This document shows positions 63,694 to 64,000 of a DNA stretch of 64,000 nucleotides, in pieces. The position numbers were made by a program, and so were the translations under genes. Origin of the DNA: Octopus bimaculoides (Eukaryota); NCBI RefSeq assembly GCF_001194135.2, contig NC_068988.1:48058584-48122583 (forward strand), given 5' to 3'. Every line of letters begins with the position of its first letter. Within the stretch, counting starts at the first letter, position 1. A model generated the notes under the pieces. It saw only the letters and a list, made by a program, of their open reading frames with translations. It was not told where the DNA came from and made no database searches.

Positions 63694-64000
63694 GTTCAGT
63701 AGTTTTATTTTTATAACGTGCTTTCACTTCACTACCGAGCGCAGCTCTGTGCGCCTTGGGTATGTGCTGTGGTTTGCTGTGGTGCTCTCATGTTTACTGT
63801 ATTGAAAGTGTTTTGCGTAGAATGTGTGCAGTATCCAGTAGTGCAATTTTCTGTATGTTATATATATTTGTAAGTCCTGGTGTTTTTGTTATGTATTTGT
63901 CTGAATATTTTTTTATTATACCTAAGGCACCTACTATAATAGGAATTGTTTCTGTTTTTGGATTCCACATTCGAGTTATCTCTATTTCCAGGTCTTTGTA
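63658..64000 (-). mobile_element. R4/Dong-clade LINE 3' end (restriction-like endonuclease C-terminus, 3' UTR, (TAA)n); continues beyond window
   Basis: Open frame 64000-63794: YKDLEIEITRMWNPKTETIPIIVGALGII...IQKIALLDTAHILRKTLSIQ*; ~100-nt UTR, then (ATT)n at 63658-63693. Confidence 0.88.

Overview
AT-rich, microsatellite-saturated eukaryotic draft sequence with many N gaps. The SINE repertoire and (AT)n/(CA)n/(ATG)n load resemble an Octopus (cephalopod) assembly; this is inferred from recognition, not from a search. No host protein-coding gene could be identified with confidence. Most listed ORFs are microsatellite or N-run artefacts, and the rest with recognisable motifs are transposon remnants. 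Transposon relics: RTE, CR1/Jockey-group and R4/Dong LINE fragments, a Penelope-like element (PLE) with GIY-YIG endonuclease, at least five mariner copies, a hAT MITE, a piggyBac-like MITE, and dozens of tRNA-derived SINEs (families labelled A-D by me). The most notable signal is two unrelated families of type I hammerhead ribozymes. One has a compensatory U3-A8 core and caps a ~140-nt rod-like fold at 1322-1463. The other has a canonical core at 14351-14402, in an inverted terminal repeat of the PLE, with two decayed copies at ~12.0 and ~51.0 kb. CpG density rises sharply near 50-51 kb, possibly marking a methylation-domain boundary.
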